Below, in pieces: positions 50,424 through 60,477 of a DNA stretch of 64,000 nucleotides; position 1 is the stretch's first letter; each line of letters opens with the position of its first letter. The DNA is from Candidatus Cloacimonadales bacterium (GTDB lineage: Bacteria > Cloacimonadota > Cloacimonadia > Cloacimonadales > JAFGVF01), in the NCBI GenBank assembly GCA_963678315.1, contig OY782781.1, forward strand, positions 2,272,001 to 2,336,000. Direction: 5' to 3'. The notes under the pieces are model-generated. The model was given only the letters and a program-made list of their open reading frames with translations. It had not been told where the DNA came from and ran no database searches. A program made the translations under genes and the position numbers.

Positions 50424-51380
50424 CTAATCCCTAACTTTTGTGTGTAAAGAATGCAAACTAGTAGAAATATTATATTTAAATGATCTATAGCTGTGGCTTA
50501 TGTTTGCTCTTAAGCACTCGTAACTTTTATATTTGGCTTTTAATGAGTTGGGAATTGGAGGTGTTTCGTAACCATGATCTTTACACCATGTTAGAATATT
50601 TTGCAGCAGGTTATAATATTCAAAACTTCTTTTAGTCCAATGAATCCATGGCTTTGGGTTCAATCCAAAATGAGCTATCATTTTATCTTTTTGTACATCG
50701 AATAAGTACTTATCAATTTTAGGAGCTTTGGATGAGAATGCAAATAAGGAATTAAAGACAGATTCATCAGTCATGAAATAGCCTATAGAGTCCTTATTAT
50801 ATACATTAAGTTTATTATCTACAATAACTTTTTCCATTTGTTCTTGCCACATCTTGATAAAATCGAGATTGCTTTTTCTCATCACAAAACAATTTGTTTC
50901 ACAAACTGTGGATATTTGAGACTTGTTAAGGTCATTAACATCCTTTTGCCATATATTGAGAACTTTCTTCGGAATAGTACCAATAGAATCCTTTTTACCA
51001 TAATAATTACGATACACCATAGCATTCTCTTCCATTGACCTAAACCTTATCTGAATAGTATCAGGCTCAACTCTAATTAAATCTGTTACATCACCAGTAG
51101 CCATACAGTCTGAGTCCATCCATGTTATAAGCTCTGTATCTGCAGAATATATAGCATGTGGCTTCATAAGGCAAACACTTTCACCATTACGCTCTTGTTG
51201 ATTAAACACTTTAGTGTTTTCAAATTGCTCTAATAGCTTACACTCTTTTTCTGATAGTTTTATACCTAGGACGTGCTTGTAGCTCTTAACATTGAAGTAA
51301 CATAATGAAGCAACGAGTATGTAAGCTCCCCAAACGTAATTACTATCACATGCTGTAACTATTGTATTTTTAAATTCCAT
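50424..51380 (-). CDS. GT8-like (GT-A) glycosyltransferase
   Basis: TACDSNY, WMDSD, DESVFN, HFG..PKPW. Confidence 0.7.
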   Translation of the reverse strand: MEFKNTIVTACDSNYVWGAYILVASLCYFNVKSYKHVLGIKLSEKECKLLEQFENTKVFNQQERNGESVCLMKPHAIYSADTELITWMDSDCMATGDVTDLIRVEPDTIQIRFRSMEENAMVYRNYYGKKDSIGTIPKKVLNIWQKDVNDLNKSQISTVCETNCFVMRKSNLDFIKMWQEQMEKVIVDNKLNVYNKDSIGYFMTDESVFNSLFAFSSKAPKIDKYLFDVQKDKMIAHFGLNPKPWIHWTKRSFEYYNLLQNILTWCKDHGYETPPIPNSLKAKYKSYECLRANISHSYRSFKYNISTSLHSLHTKVRD

Positions 51381-51395
51381 AAATATTAATTCCCT

Positions 51396-51806
51396 TTAGT
51401 TTAGCCATGGCATAAAATCAGTCAAATGCTTATCAGGGAAAATGTCTATGCCAATTGTACTTTTTAGAGTATATAAGAATATTAAGAACATTATTAATAA
51501 AAATAGAACCATAACAATATAGGTAAATGTTTTAGCAATAATACTCATAGATCTATCTACATCACCTTTATCTAAGGATTTGAATCCTTCACGAGTATCT
51601 TTACCAAAAATAAAGACTACATACCATTGTTTAAAAAACCAGAATGAAAATCTTATATCTACCATTCCTTTCGATGGAACCGGAGGCAACATTTGCTTTA
51701 ATAATGACTTTAACTGCTGCCTTTGTTCAATATTCAAATTCTCATGAAATTTAGAATTTCCTATTTGCTTTATATCTTTACTTTGTTCATCTGTCGGATT
51801 TCTCAT
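51396..51806 (-). CDS. Small hypothetical membrane protein
   Basis: VDIRFS..FF...YVV...GKDTR, one TM, YTLKSTIGIDIFP..H; start placed at MRNPTDE. Confidence 0.7.
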   Translation of the reverse strand: MRNPTDEQSKDIKQIGNSKFHENLNIEQRQQLKSLLKQMLPPVPSKGMVDIRFSFWFFKQWYVVFIFGKDTREGFKSLDKGDVDRSMSIIAKTFTYIVMVLFLLIMFLIFLYTLKSTIGIDIFPDKHLTDFMPWLN

Positions 51807-53151
51807 AAAAACCTTCTTGTAATCTTTTTTTATGCATCCTATCCATTGATGCGATAAGAGCAAAAATTAACATCAACTCGTAAAAGTTGTTTGTCTGTTT
51901 CAGAACCCATTCTAAACCAGATTCTATATATATAGCCAACAAACCGCCAACTAATCCAATACATATAAACTGTTCGTTTTGTCCTCTAAATCTAAACATA
52001 TTAATCAAGTTTAAGAAATAATAGTAGAATAGGAAAACAAAAAAGATAGCTAATGTATGCCAACCACTCTCAGCAGCAATCATAAGATAAATTGTTTCAA
52101 CTAAGCCATTTTTTTCATCTGCATCTTCTACATCATTCATCTCAATATGGGAGCTATAAGGATATGGAGGATTGATAGCTTTACCAAAATTGTTCAAGCC
52201 AACCCCCATGTACATTAGTTTTTTATCACCAGCCATTTTAACTGCAGCTTGAGCTAAGGCAACCCTTACAAGGGCTGACTCTTCTGGAGCTGTTCTAAAT
52301 CTTTCGGATATTGAATCCCATGCTTTGATTAACACCCCCGTACTCATCGCTATTAAAATTAGCGTAACCCCCATCTTTTTCATGGAAAAGCCACTTAGAA
52401 ATGATAAACCTAATATAATTATGATAGCAAATCCAAATAATGCTAACCCGGCTCTCGACAATGTCGATAGAATAGATACAGCTGCCATACCAAATATACC
52501 TAACCAAATTACAAGTTTATCAGTTGGCATATCTTCCTTATTTACTAGATATGAAAAGGTTATTGAACCAAATATAATCATATACATAACTAAAGAGTTC
52601 TGATGAGGAAATGGACCAGCTGTTTGAAATTTACCATCTAAATACTTTTGTTTAAATACTTCATAAAAAACATATATTGAGATTGCAGCAATACCTTTTA
52701 ACAAATCAAAGTATTTTTGAGGTTTATCTAAATAGTTATATGCTGTCCAAAAGAAGAAATACATCCTAAACATTTTCCACAATTCAAACATTGAGAATAA
52801 TGGAAAATCTGCATTTATAATTGATAATGTACTAAGACCTACGTAGGCAAAAAACCATTGTGTACCTACAGGTATTCTATTTCCAGGTGGTTTCCTATGT
52901 ACTACTAATAAGTATATTATCATAGTACATATATCAACCATTCCTATTTCAAAACCTTTTGAGGTTAATCTTTCAGTTTCCCTAGAGACGAAATTTATAT
53001 CTTCCATTCTAGCTGTAAAGAATACCATCAAGAAGAAAATAGCTCTTTCAACTTTTTCGTTCTTGAGAGAAGCAGAGTAACCCATAGGGACTCCAATTCC
53101 CATAACTAGAAAAAATATTACGTATTTAAATGCACTGAGAGCTTCAGTCAT
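51787..53151 (-). CDS. O-antigen ligase/Wzy-family membrane protein
   Basis: Multiple TMs, HQNSL, TLSRAG, GVGLNNF, YL..AAESG. Confidence 0.85.
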   Translation of the reverse strand: MTEALSAFKYVIFFLVMGIGVPMGYSASLKNEKVERAIFFLMVFFTARMEDINFVSRETERLTSKGFEIGMVDICTMIIYLLVVHRKPPGNRIPVGTQWFFAYVGLSTLSIINADFPLFSMFELWKMFRMYFFFWTAYNYLDKPQKYFDLLKGIAAISIYVFYEVFKQKYLDGKFQTAGPFPHQNSLVMYMIIFGSITFSYLVNKEDMPTDKLVIWLGIFGMAAVSILSTLSRAGLALFGFAIIIILGLSFLSGFSMKKMGVTLILIAMSTGVLIKAWDSISERFRTAPEESALVRVALAQAAVKMAGDKKLMYMGVGLNNFGKAINPPYPYSSHIEMNDVEDADEKNGLVETIYLMIAAESGWHTLAIFFVFLFYYYFLNLINMFRFRGQNEQFICIGLVGGLLAIYIESGLEWVLKQTNNFYELMLIFALIASMDRMHKKRLQEGFYEKSDR

Positions 53152-53162
53152 GTTGTTTTATC

Positions 53163-54212
53163 TTAATTATTATCTTGTATTATTTCATTAATCAGATAAC
53201 CACTTTGTACTGCTTGTAATGATGGCAATATTTGCTCAATAATTAGGTTCCATTCAGCAATAGGAGTTTTTGGGACAAAGACTATATCATTTGGCTTCAA
53301 TCTAAAGTCCATAATTTCACCTTGATAAATTGCATCTAAATCAATTTTAAACAGTCTTGGATGTTTTAAGTTTCCACGAACAAGATAAACTTTTGAAGTT
53401 TTTGCTGATTCTTTCAAACCTTGAGCAAAAGCAATAATTTGTCCTAGAGTCATGTTTTCTTTGAAAGCAAAATGTCCTTGTTCATTTACTTCTCCTACAA
53501 CATAAACTTCTCTGTTAATAGCAGATGGTAAGTAAATATAATCTCCATCCATTAGTGGTATGTTATGGAGCATATTCCCTTCTTTAATAAGTTTATAAAA
53601 ATCAACAGGTAGAACATCATTATCTCTTATAATAAAAGATCTTTCTAAATCTGCCAGCTCAGTTGAGTTATTTTGAAAATAACCTAAAGCCAAACCACCA
53701 GACTTAGCAATTAAATCTAATATTCTCATTTCACCAGTAATCTTATATTGTTGAGGATAAGTCACTTTACCAAGTATTGTAACATTACCACTATTTATTT
53801 CGTAGGGTACAATCGTTACTTGTGGGTATGCTATGAAATCATTAAGTTTACTTTCTATTAGTGCTTTTGCATCCAACATTGTAAGACCTTCAACTTTAAC
53901 TTCCCCAATTAGTGGAAATGTGATTGCCCCATCTCTTTTAACAATTAATTCTTTAGTATTTAATTCTTCTTCATCATAAACATAGGCATGAAATTTATCA
54001 TCAGGACCTATTCTATATTCAGGCATTTTAACCTTTTGTAACTTACTTAACTCATCAATCGTTTGTTGATCTTCTTTAGCTGCAGTAGTAGTTTCTTCGA
54101 GATATTCAGCAGGTACATCGATATTTTCTTCAATATAACTATCATAAGGATTCTTTGTACAAGAAAATAACAACAACAAAACAGGAATAACTAGTATTTT
54201 TTTTATCTTCAT
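53163..54212 (-). CDS. wza: Wza/SLBB polysaccharide export lipoprotein
   Basis: Lipobox LFSC, YRIGPDD, DGAITFPLIG, VVGEV, LKPNDIVFVP. Confidence 0.9.
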   Translation of the reverse strand: MKIKKILVIPVLLLLFSCTKNPYDSYIEENIDVPAEYLEETTTAAKEDQQTIDELSKLQKVKMPEYRIGPDDKFHAYVYDEEELNTKELIVKRDGAITFPLIGEVKVEGLTMLDAKALIESKLNDFIAYPQVTIVPYEINSGNVTILGKVTYPQQYKITGEMRILDLIAKSGGLALGYFQNNSTELADLERSFIIRDNDVLPVDFYKLIKEGNMLHNIPLMDGDYIYLPSAINREVYVVGEVNEQGHFAFKENMTLGQIIAFAQGLKESAKTSKVYLVRGNLKHPRLFKIDLDAIYQGEIMDFRLKPNDIVFVPKTPIAEWNLIIEQILPSLQAVQSGYLINEIIQDNN

Positions 54213-54218
54213 ATATAC

Positions 54219-56237
54219 CTACAATAAATCAATGTAATATTCTTTTTCTATGCAGTTAAGAACTCCATATATTCTAGAAACTTGTTTTTCTCTTAAATAG
54301 TTAACCAGATTATAAACATCAACACGAGGAGAATGTTTAAATTTGCTAACTATGATATTAGCATCAGCAGATTTAGCTATAGCATGATATAACTGAATAT
54401 TATACCTTGAAGGGAAAAGTTCCCATATAATAAAATCATAATCTAAGAACAATCCATAAAGCCTATGGAAATCGGAAGCAGAATACATTTTCTTAAATAT
54501 TTGCTCTCCCGACCAGAAATAACATTTATCAAGATTTTCTGATATTTTTTTAATTTCAAAGCGATTATTATCGTCGAGATATGTATTTATTTCATAATCT
54601 TCAATCTCAATTGATAGCTCTTTTATAGCTTCAATAACCATGATTTTCTTAGAGCTAGAAATCATCTTAGTAAATTCATTAGTTACGAATGATTTTCCAG
54701 TTTCTGGAGCAGCGCTTCCTATAGCAATGACTGGTGGTTTTGAGACATCTTCAACTATATCAAAGACATTATCTAAAATGTACTGTAAATTGGAATAGAA
54801 CTTGTTTGGATCTGCTCCTTCTTCAGATTGAATTTCACCAATTAATGGAATACCAATATACTTATCATATTCTAGTCTAGACTTGATTCTATAATCAAAT
54901 AATTCTTTTCCTAAGAAGAATGCAGAAAAAGCAAAGAATATGAATATCCCAACACCTAAAACAACTGTCTTCTTACTCATATTGATAGGATATTCAGGTA
55001 ATGTCGCTTTTTCAAATAATTGAAAGTCATTAGTATTAGTATCTAATGCCATTCTTGATTCGGCAATCCTGCCTTCAATAATTCTTAAAATATCCTTATT
55101 GAGTTCTAATTGTCTTACAAGTTCAATATAATCATCATTTATTGTATTGAATTCTTTAAGTCCGTTTCTTATTTTATTAATTTCTGTTTGGTATTCTTTT
55201 AGGTTAACTCTTGCTGCTTGGAGTTCACCTTCGTATCTTGTTTTATCAACTTGATATGTTTGGATTAAACCATTTGGTCCCCAGCTTGTATTATCTGGAG
55301 GGTCTGCTAATCTATCAGGATTAGCAATACGAGATTTAAGTGTATCAATCTCAGCTTTAACTTTTAAAATCTTAGGATTTTTATCTGTATACCTTGTTAG
55401 CATAAGTTCTAAATCTTTTTGAAGAAGGACAAGTTTCTTTTCGTCTGAATTAGAATAACTCCAGGTTAGCATAACATCTTGAGGTAAATTAGTAATTTTA
55501 TTGTTCAAATCTCTAATCTTAATATTCATCTCATCAGTTTTCATGAGAGTTTCAATCTTTCTAACTTCTAGAAGTTTAAGTTTCTCAAACATTTGATCTC
55601 TTTCTGCGTCAATTTCGATAACATCATACTTCTTTTGAAATTCTAGTATTGCTTCTTCAAGATTTGCTATTTCTTTGAGTCTTTCAGTTCTCTTTTTTGA
55701 ATAGTAGATATTGACGCTATCTGCAGATGAATTTTGTAACAATACACTTGTTTCAATAAATGTTTCACCAAGAACGTTAGCTAATTCAACAGCCATTTCT
55801 GGATCTTCATGAACAACACTAAAAGAAAGAACATTAGATCTATGACCTCTTTGTACGTCAATCATACGTCCAATGTCATTAGGTTCATAACCTTCCATAT
55901 TAAGTTTTTCAATTATACGTTCAAGAATAGGTCTACTTCTTGCTGTCTCTAAAATTGTATTTATATCAAAAGCGTTATAGAGATATGGCATGTCTGTAGG
56001 AGTTGAAATATTCTTCTGCATCCTTATAATACGGCAATTAGCTTTCCATGCTGGTTTTATTTTAATTGAAACTAAAACAGAAACAATCAACATAAGAACA
56101 AATGTGATTATAACAATCCATTTTAAGTTTGCTTTATAAGAGGTTATCAAAACTCTCTTGTCAATAACTAAACCAGATTTGTCTTCTTCCTTTGCTGAAC
56201 CAGGTAAACTATGATCTACTTTTAAATCTTCTGACAT
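54219..56237 (-). CDS. Wzc/GumC-like polysaccharide co-polymerase with degenerate kinase domain
   Basis: TM, coiled coil with RYTDKNPKI, TM, IPLIGEI, Walker A SAAPETGKS, GVLN. Confidence 0.85.
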   Translation of the reverse strand: MSEDLKVDHSLPGSAKEEDKSGLVIDKRVLITSYKANLKWIVIITFVLMLIVSVLVSIKIKPAWKANCRIIRMQKNISTPTDMPYLYNAFDINTILETARSRPILERIIEKLNMEGYEPNDIGRMIDVQRGHRSNVLSFSVVHEDPEMAVELANVLGETFIETSVLLQNSSADSVNIYYSKKRTERLKEIANLEEAILEFQKKYDVIEIDAERDQMFEKLKLLEVRKIETLMKTDEMNIKIRDLNNKITNLPQDVMLTWSYSNSDEKKLVLLQKDLELMLTRYTDKNPKILKVKAEIDTLKSRIANPDRLADPPDNTSWGPNGLIQTYQVDKTRYEGELQAARVNLKEYQTEINKIRNGLKEFNTINDDYIELVRQLELNKDILRIIEGRIAESRMALDTNTNDFQLFEKATLPEYPINMSKKTVVLGVGIFIFFAFSAFFLGKELFDYRIKSRLEYDKYIGIPLIGEIQSEEGADPNKFYSNLQYILDNVFDIVEDVSKPPVIAIGSAAPETGKSFVTNEFTKMISSSKKIMVIEAIKELSIEIEDYEINTYLDDNNRFEIKKISENLDKCYFWSGEQIFKKMYSASDFHRLYGLFLDYDFIIWELFPSRYNIQLYHAIAKSADANIIVSKFKHSPRVDVYNLVNYLREKQVSRIYGVLNCIEKEYYIDLL

Positions 56238-56248
56238 TCTTGTATTTC

Positions 56249-57385
56249 CTAATTATGCAATTCCCAAGATTTAATGAATTTTTTATATGCATTTTTTAAA
56301 TTTTTATTGTTTTCATTTAAGTCAAGGTAATGAAAGATGTCAATTGTTTTTTTATCAAACAAGAAAAAGGGAAGGACTTGAAACAAAACAAACCTAGGAT
56401 TTAATTTATAGAAGTTCTTCCTTAATATTCCTATTCCATTGTCTCGTATGTTTTTATACATGTTCTTCAACATGCATTCATTTTGTAATTCTTGCTTACA
56501 AACGTTATCAATTTTATTATTATACATCTCAAGATTTAACTCATTTTTTATTTCATTGTTAAATAGGAAGTTATATAATACTTCGTAATCATGTAAAACT
56601 TCTTGATATTCTTCTAAGTAGTTGTTTTTTGTCAAATTAGCTTTATTGGGGTGAAATTTAAAGTTACTTGCAGTTATATAGTTCTTGTATAAGTTTAGTT
56701 TTTTCACCGTTTCATCATCAGCTAAAGACTCATAAATCTCCCTTCTTTTTTTATAAGAGTAGTGAAATTTATCAATCAGGATAAGGTAGGCATCCCCCAT
56801 TGCTAATTGAGCTTTTCTTATATTCCTTAAAACGAATTCACGACTTTCTTGGCTTTCTTCAAATGTATCAAAATGCTCTTTACATAATAGCAAGCCTACT
56901 CCTCTATTCAAGAGTAATCTATAAGCCTCCATGATTGGCATTTTTGTTTTTGTGTAATCAGGAAAATAGTCTTTTATATTTTTATTACCATAAATAACCT
57001 TTAAACCATATTTTAGTTCATACCACATCATCCAATGAGGTGCCTTAGATATTGACTTTACAGTTTGAATCGGTCCCACATCAACATCTATCCCATATTT
57101 AGGAGTGAATTTTCTATGTATTTGAATCATTCTATCCTGGTATATTTTTTTCTTTTTATGACTTATATTTTTTGTTATAACAAATAAATCATAGTCATTA
57201 TATAATGATTCTTTATCCCCCTCGATTAATACGCCCCCTTCCCCACGTCCATAACCTCCGCCAAGAACAAAGGCTACTAAATCTTTAGGATTAATTAGGG
57301 TTAATAATTCTTCCGTAATTTCAGATAACTGTTTATCTATTTCTTGCTCAAGTTTTTTAGACCCATCTAAAGTGTATTGTCCCAT
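56249..57385 (-). CDS. Pol-beta-superfamily nucleotidyltransferase of unknown function
   Basis: LGGGYGRGEG...NDYDLFV...VDV followed by helical domain (LLLNR, KAQLAMGDA). Confidence 0.75.
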   Translation of the reverse strand: MGQYTLDGSKKLEQEIDKQLSEITEELLTLINPKDLVAFVLGGGYGRGEGGVLIEGDKESLYNDYDLFVITKNISHKKKKIYQDRMIQIHRKFTPKYGIDVDVGPIQTVKSISKAPHWMMWYELKYGLKVIYGNKNIKDYFPDYTKTKMPIMEAYRLLLNRGVGLLLCKEHFDTFEESQESREFVLRNIRKAQLAMGDAYLILIDKFHYSYKKRREIYESLADDETVKKLNLYKNYITASNFKFHPNKANLTKNNYLEEYQEVLHDYEVLYNFLFNNEIKNELNLEMYNNKIDNVCKQELQNECMLKNMYKNIRDNGIGILRKNFYKLNPRFVLFQVLPFFLFDKKTIDIFHYLDLNENNKNLKNAYKKFIKSWELHN

Positions 57386-57387
57386 AA

Positions 57388-57996
57388 TTACCTCAAAAGT
57401 TCGTTTAAATATCCACTTATCATTAGTAGTACTCTATCAAATTTCTTTTCACCTGGAATTATTATATCTGCTTGTTTTTTGGTTGTTTCAATAAAAACTT
57501 CATGCATGGGCTTCACAGTTTCAATATATTGGTGAAGAACCTCTTTCAGGGTAAATCCCCTTTGTTCAATATCTCTATGAATTCTCCTAGCCAGTCTTAA
57601 ATCAGCATCAGTATCTACATATATCTTTAAAGATGCTATTTCAACAAGTTCTTTAAAATATAGAGCAAAAATCCCTTCTAGAATAATAACATCATAGTCA
57701 GGCTCAACACGTATGCCATCAACTCTTTTATGAGTGATAAAATCATAATCAGGGATATTTACAGACTTTCCTGATATCATTTTCCTAACATCTTCAATTA
57801 ATCTATCATTATCAATTGAATTTGGATGGTCAAAATTTATTTCTTTGATTTCATCCTCAGTATAATTACTTAGATCTCTATAATAGTTATCATGTGAAAA
57901 AGTAAAGATTCTAGCATTTTCTAGTACTTTTCTAATCTGATTAGCTATTGTAGTTTTACCAGAACTAGTTCCTCCGCCGATTAAAATTAAATGCAT
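57388..57996 (-). CDS. udk: Second uridine kinase-family protein
   Basis: GGGTSSGKTT, HDNYY, NFDHP, YDFITH.R, LEGI, RRIHRD..QRG. Confidence 0.88.
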   Translation of the reverse strand: MHLILIGGGTSSGKTTIANQIRKVLENARIFTFSHDNYYRDLSNYTEDEIKEINFDHPNSIDNDRLIEDVRKMISGKSVNIPDYDFITHKRVDGIRVEPDYDVIILEGIFALYFKELVEIASLKIYVDTDADLRLARRIHRDIEQRGFTLKEVLHQYIETVKPMHEVFIETTKKQADIIIPGEKKFDRVLLMISGYLNELLR

Positions 57997-58002
57997 AATA
58001 GC

Positions 58003-59391
58003 TTACCAAAAAAGTCTCATAACTGTTATTTTTATATAGATATATAGATTCTTAAAGAAATTGTGGTTGTTTAGATAATAAAGTTCATGAATCTCTTCAT
58101 CATTACCAAATCCAGGATTAAGACTTTCCCAATAACTATAGACTCCTGGTTTATATACAGACATTGCATTTATTAGTTGAACATGCTTCCTATTCTGCGT
58201 TAGCATCTTATTTCCCACTAATAAAAGTTTTCCTGCCACAACTAAGAAAAGAAAAGGATATTTATCTAAAGAAAATTTCTTAATGAATTTAATTATAGGA
58301 TGTTTTCTTTGCACCTCAAAATCAAAGAACTTTATTAGTTTTTTTGATTTATTGATATAGAATCTATTTACTAGATGTTTTTTATTATGAACAAATATAA
58401 TAAAAGGTAAAACTAGAAGAAATGGTATTGTTTGGATTATAATCTGTATCAATGCTATTAATATCTGAGCTAAATGTTCAAAGCGTGAGACTATTTTATC
58501 TTTACTTGTTCCTGATATTAAAAAGTCATCGGTCATATCAACAATTTCACCACTTAATCCAGAGATTAGAGTATTCTGATAGACAATCTTATTTTTTATT
58601 TCTAGGTCTTTACTAATGAAAGAATTGCTATAAATAATACTTGATTCAATATTAGTTAAAGAATCAACTATAACTCCATCTCCTATAACTGCTTTTCCGC
58701 CTATAGAAGTCATCTCTCCTAATCTAACATTATTACCAATCATAACAGGTGTTTTGATTTTAGCAGATAAAGGATAAGTAACATTCATACCAACATAAGC
58801 TCTTTCTTCGCTACTATAACCTGGTAAGACATAATTAATACAATCATGTTCAATAATCTTCATGGATAGGTTATAGTAATCAGGTATAGAATGTAAATCT
58901 ACGATGTTAAAGAACTTTGATTCTTTTCTTTCTTCTTCTAAACTAAGATTCTTTAACGAAAACCCTTTTCTTAAGTAAGTAATGTTTGCTGAGTTAAGTT
59001 TTGACAAATCTGCTTTGACATCATCGATACTCTCAGAGATTTGCTTTATTACATATTCTAAGAAAAAGAAGCCCGAGAATATTAAAATATCATTATCTTT
59101 GCAGAATGAGTAATTCTTTAAAATAACTTTTTTTATATTATCTTCCGGCTTGGCAATGTTGTAGGAGATTTCTACTCCCCATTTTTTACCATCGCTAAAA
59201 TATTTATTAATTTGCTCAGTTGAAGAATTGCTAACAATCCTAATATCATTGATATTCAGTACAGAACACAGGTCTATCCAGTATTCCAACAAAGGCTTGT
59301 TAACAATTCTCAACAAATAAGGATTCAAATTGGATAGTTTATTAACTACCCAATTTTCATCTTCAATATTAGCATAAATTAAACATTTCAT
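58003..59391 (-). CDS. Fusion: degenerate NDP-sugar pyrophosphorylase + left-handed beta-helix + degenerate phosphoglycosyl transferase
   Basis: NKPLLEY and YFSDGKKWGVEISY; hexapeptides PVMIGNNVRLG; TM; SLDKYP.L..V..G.L.LVG...KPG. Confidence 0.75.
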   Translation of the reverse strand: MKCLIYANIEDENWVVNKLSNLNPYLLRIVNKPLLEYWIDLCSVLNINDIRIVSNSSTEQINKYFSDGKKWGVEISYNIAKPEDNIKKVILKNYSFCKDNDILIFSGFFFLEYVIKQISESIDDVKADLSKLNSANITYLRKGFSLKNLSLEEERKESKFFNIVDLHSIPDYYNLSMKIIEHDCINYVLPGYSSEERAYVGMNVTYPLSAKIKTPVMIGNNVRLGEMTSIGGKAVIGDGVIVDSLTNIESSIIYSNSFISKDLEIKNKIVYQNTLISGLSGEIVDMTDDFLISGTSKDKIVSRFEHLAQILIALIQIIIQTIPFLLVLPFIIFVHNKKHLVNRFYINKSKKLIKFFDFEVQRKHPIIKFIKKFSLDKYPFLFLVVAGKLLLVGNKMLTQNRKHVQLINAMSVYKPGVYSYWESLNPGFGNDEEIHELYYLNNHNFFKNLYIYIKITVMRLFW

Positions 59392-59400
59392 TTTTATCTA

Positions 59401-59736
59401 TCAAACTTCGTAGCTCATTACAGCAGCGTCAACATCATCATATATTTCGAATATTTTATAAGCTCTTGTAATCTCAAATACCATTCTTGGTTTTTCTGAC
59501 ATATTAGCTATCTTAATATCTCCCTCTTTTTCAGAAATAGCTTTTAAACAAGCAACTAAACTTCCTAGACCTGTACTATCAATAAAATCTAATTTACTTA
59601 GATCAAACACAAAATTGATAGTTTGTTCACTATATTCAGTAAACCTATCTTTCATTTCTGTGGCATTGTAAGCGTCTAATCGTCCTGTTACTTGAATTAT
59701 ACCAACACTGTTTTGAAGTTCAAAATTAATATCCAT
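59401..59736 (-). CDS. STAS-domain anti-sigma-factor antagonist
   Basis: GRLDA, DLSKLDFIDSTGLG, VFEITR; GGAGG RBS. Confidence 0.93.
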   Translation of the reverse strand: MDINFELQNSVGIIQVTGRLDAYNATEMKDRFTEYSEQTINFVFDLSKLDFIDSTGLGSLVACLKAISEKEGDIKIANMSEKPRMVFEITRAYKIFEIYDDVDAAVMSYEV

Positions 59737-59763
59737 AACTCCTCCAAAAATTTATTTTTTTTA

Positions 59764-60477
59764 TTAGTAAGCACCTTTCCCACTAATCACAGCTGGAATT
59801 GTCATTAGTAGTATTTTTATATCTTTCCAGATACTATTTGATTTTATATAAGTCATATCCAATTCTACTTGTTCGTTAAATGGTATATCTGAACGACCTT
59901 TAACTTGCCAAAGGCATGTTATACCTGGCATAACATGCAGTCTTTTTCTATCAACAAGAGTATACTCTGCTACTTCACGTGGCAATGGAGGTCTTGGTCC
60001 AACCAAACTCATATCACCTTTTAAGACATTGAATAGTTGAGGAAGTTCGTCAATACTAAATCTTCTTATAAATCTTCCTGTTTTCGTAACGCGAGGGTCT
60101 TTTTTCATCTTAAAGATGACCCCATCACCTGATTCATTTTGCTCTAACAACTTATCTTTAACCTTGTCAGCATTCATAATCATAGATCTAAATTTGATAA
60201 AACCAAAATGTGTTCCATCTTTACCGACACGAGGAGCAATATAAAAAACAGGACCAGGATCTTCTATATAAATACAAATAGCAGTAATTATAAATATTGG
60301 TGATAGAAGTAATAACATTACAGAAGATATTACAATATCAGTAGTTGCTTTGAATAATTTAACTGCCTTTATAGTGTTATCCCAAATCGCTACTTTCATA
60401 GAAATAGACGATTTACTTCTTTTAGAAGTTAGTTTCATTATCCTGTCAATTCTTTCTTGTCTAATTTTATTATTCAT
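59764..60477 (-). CDS. Priming undecaprenyl-phosphate phosphoglycosyl transferase
   Basis: KFRSM, DPRVT, SIDELPQLFNVLKGDMSLVGPRP, PGIT.LWQV.GRS, GAY. Confidence 0.95.
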   Translation of the reverse strand: MNNKIRQERIDRIMKLTSKRSKSSISMKVAIWDNTIKAVKLFKATTDIVISSVMLLLLSPIFIITAICIYIEDPGPVFYIAPRVGKDGTHFGFIKFRSMIMNADKVKDKLLEQNESGDGVIFKMKKDPRVTKTGRFIRRFSIDELPQLFNVLKGDMSLVGPRPPLPREVAEYTLVDRKRLHVMPGITCLWQVKGRSDIPFNEQVELDMTYIKSNSIWKDIKILLMTIPAVISGKGAY

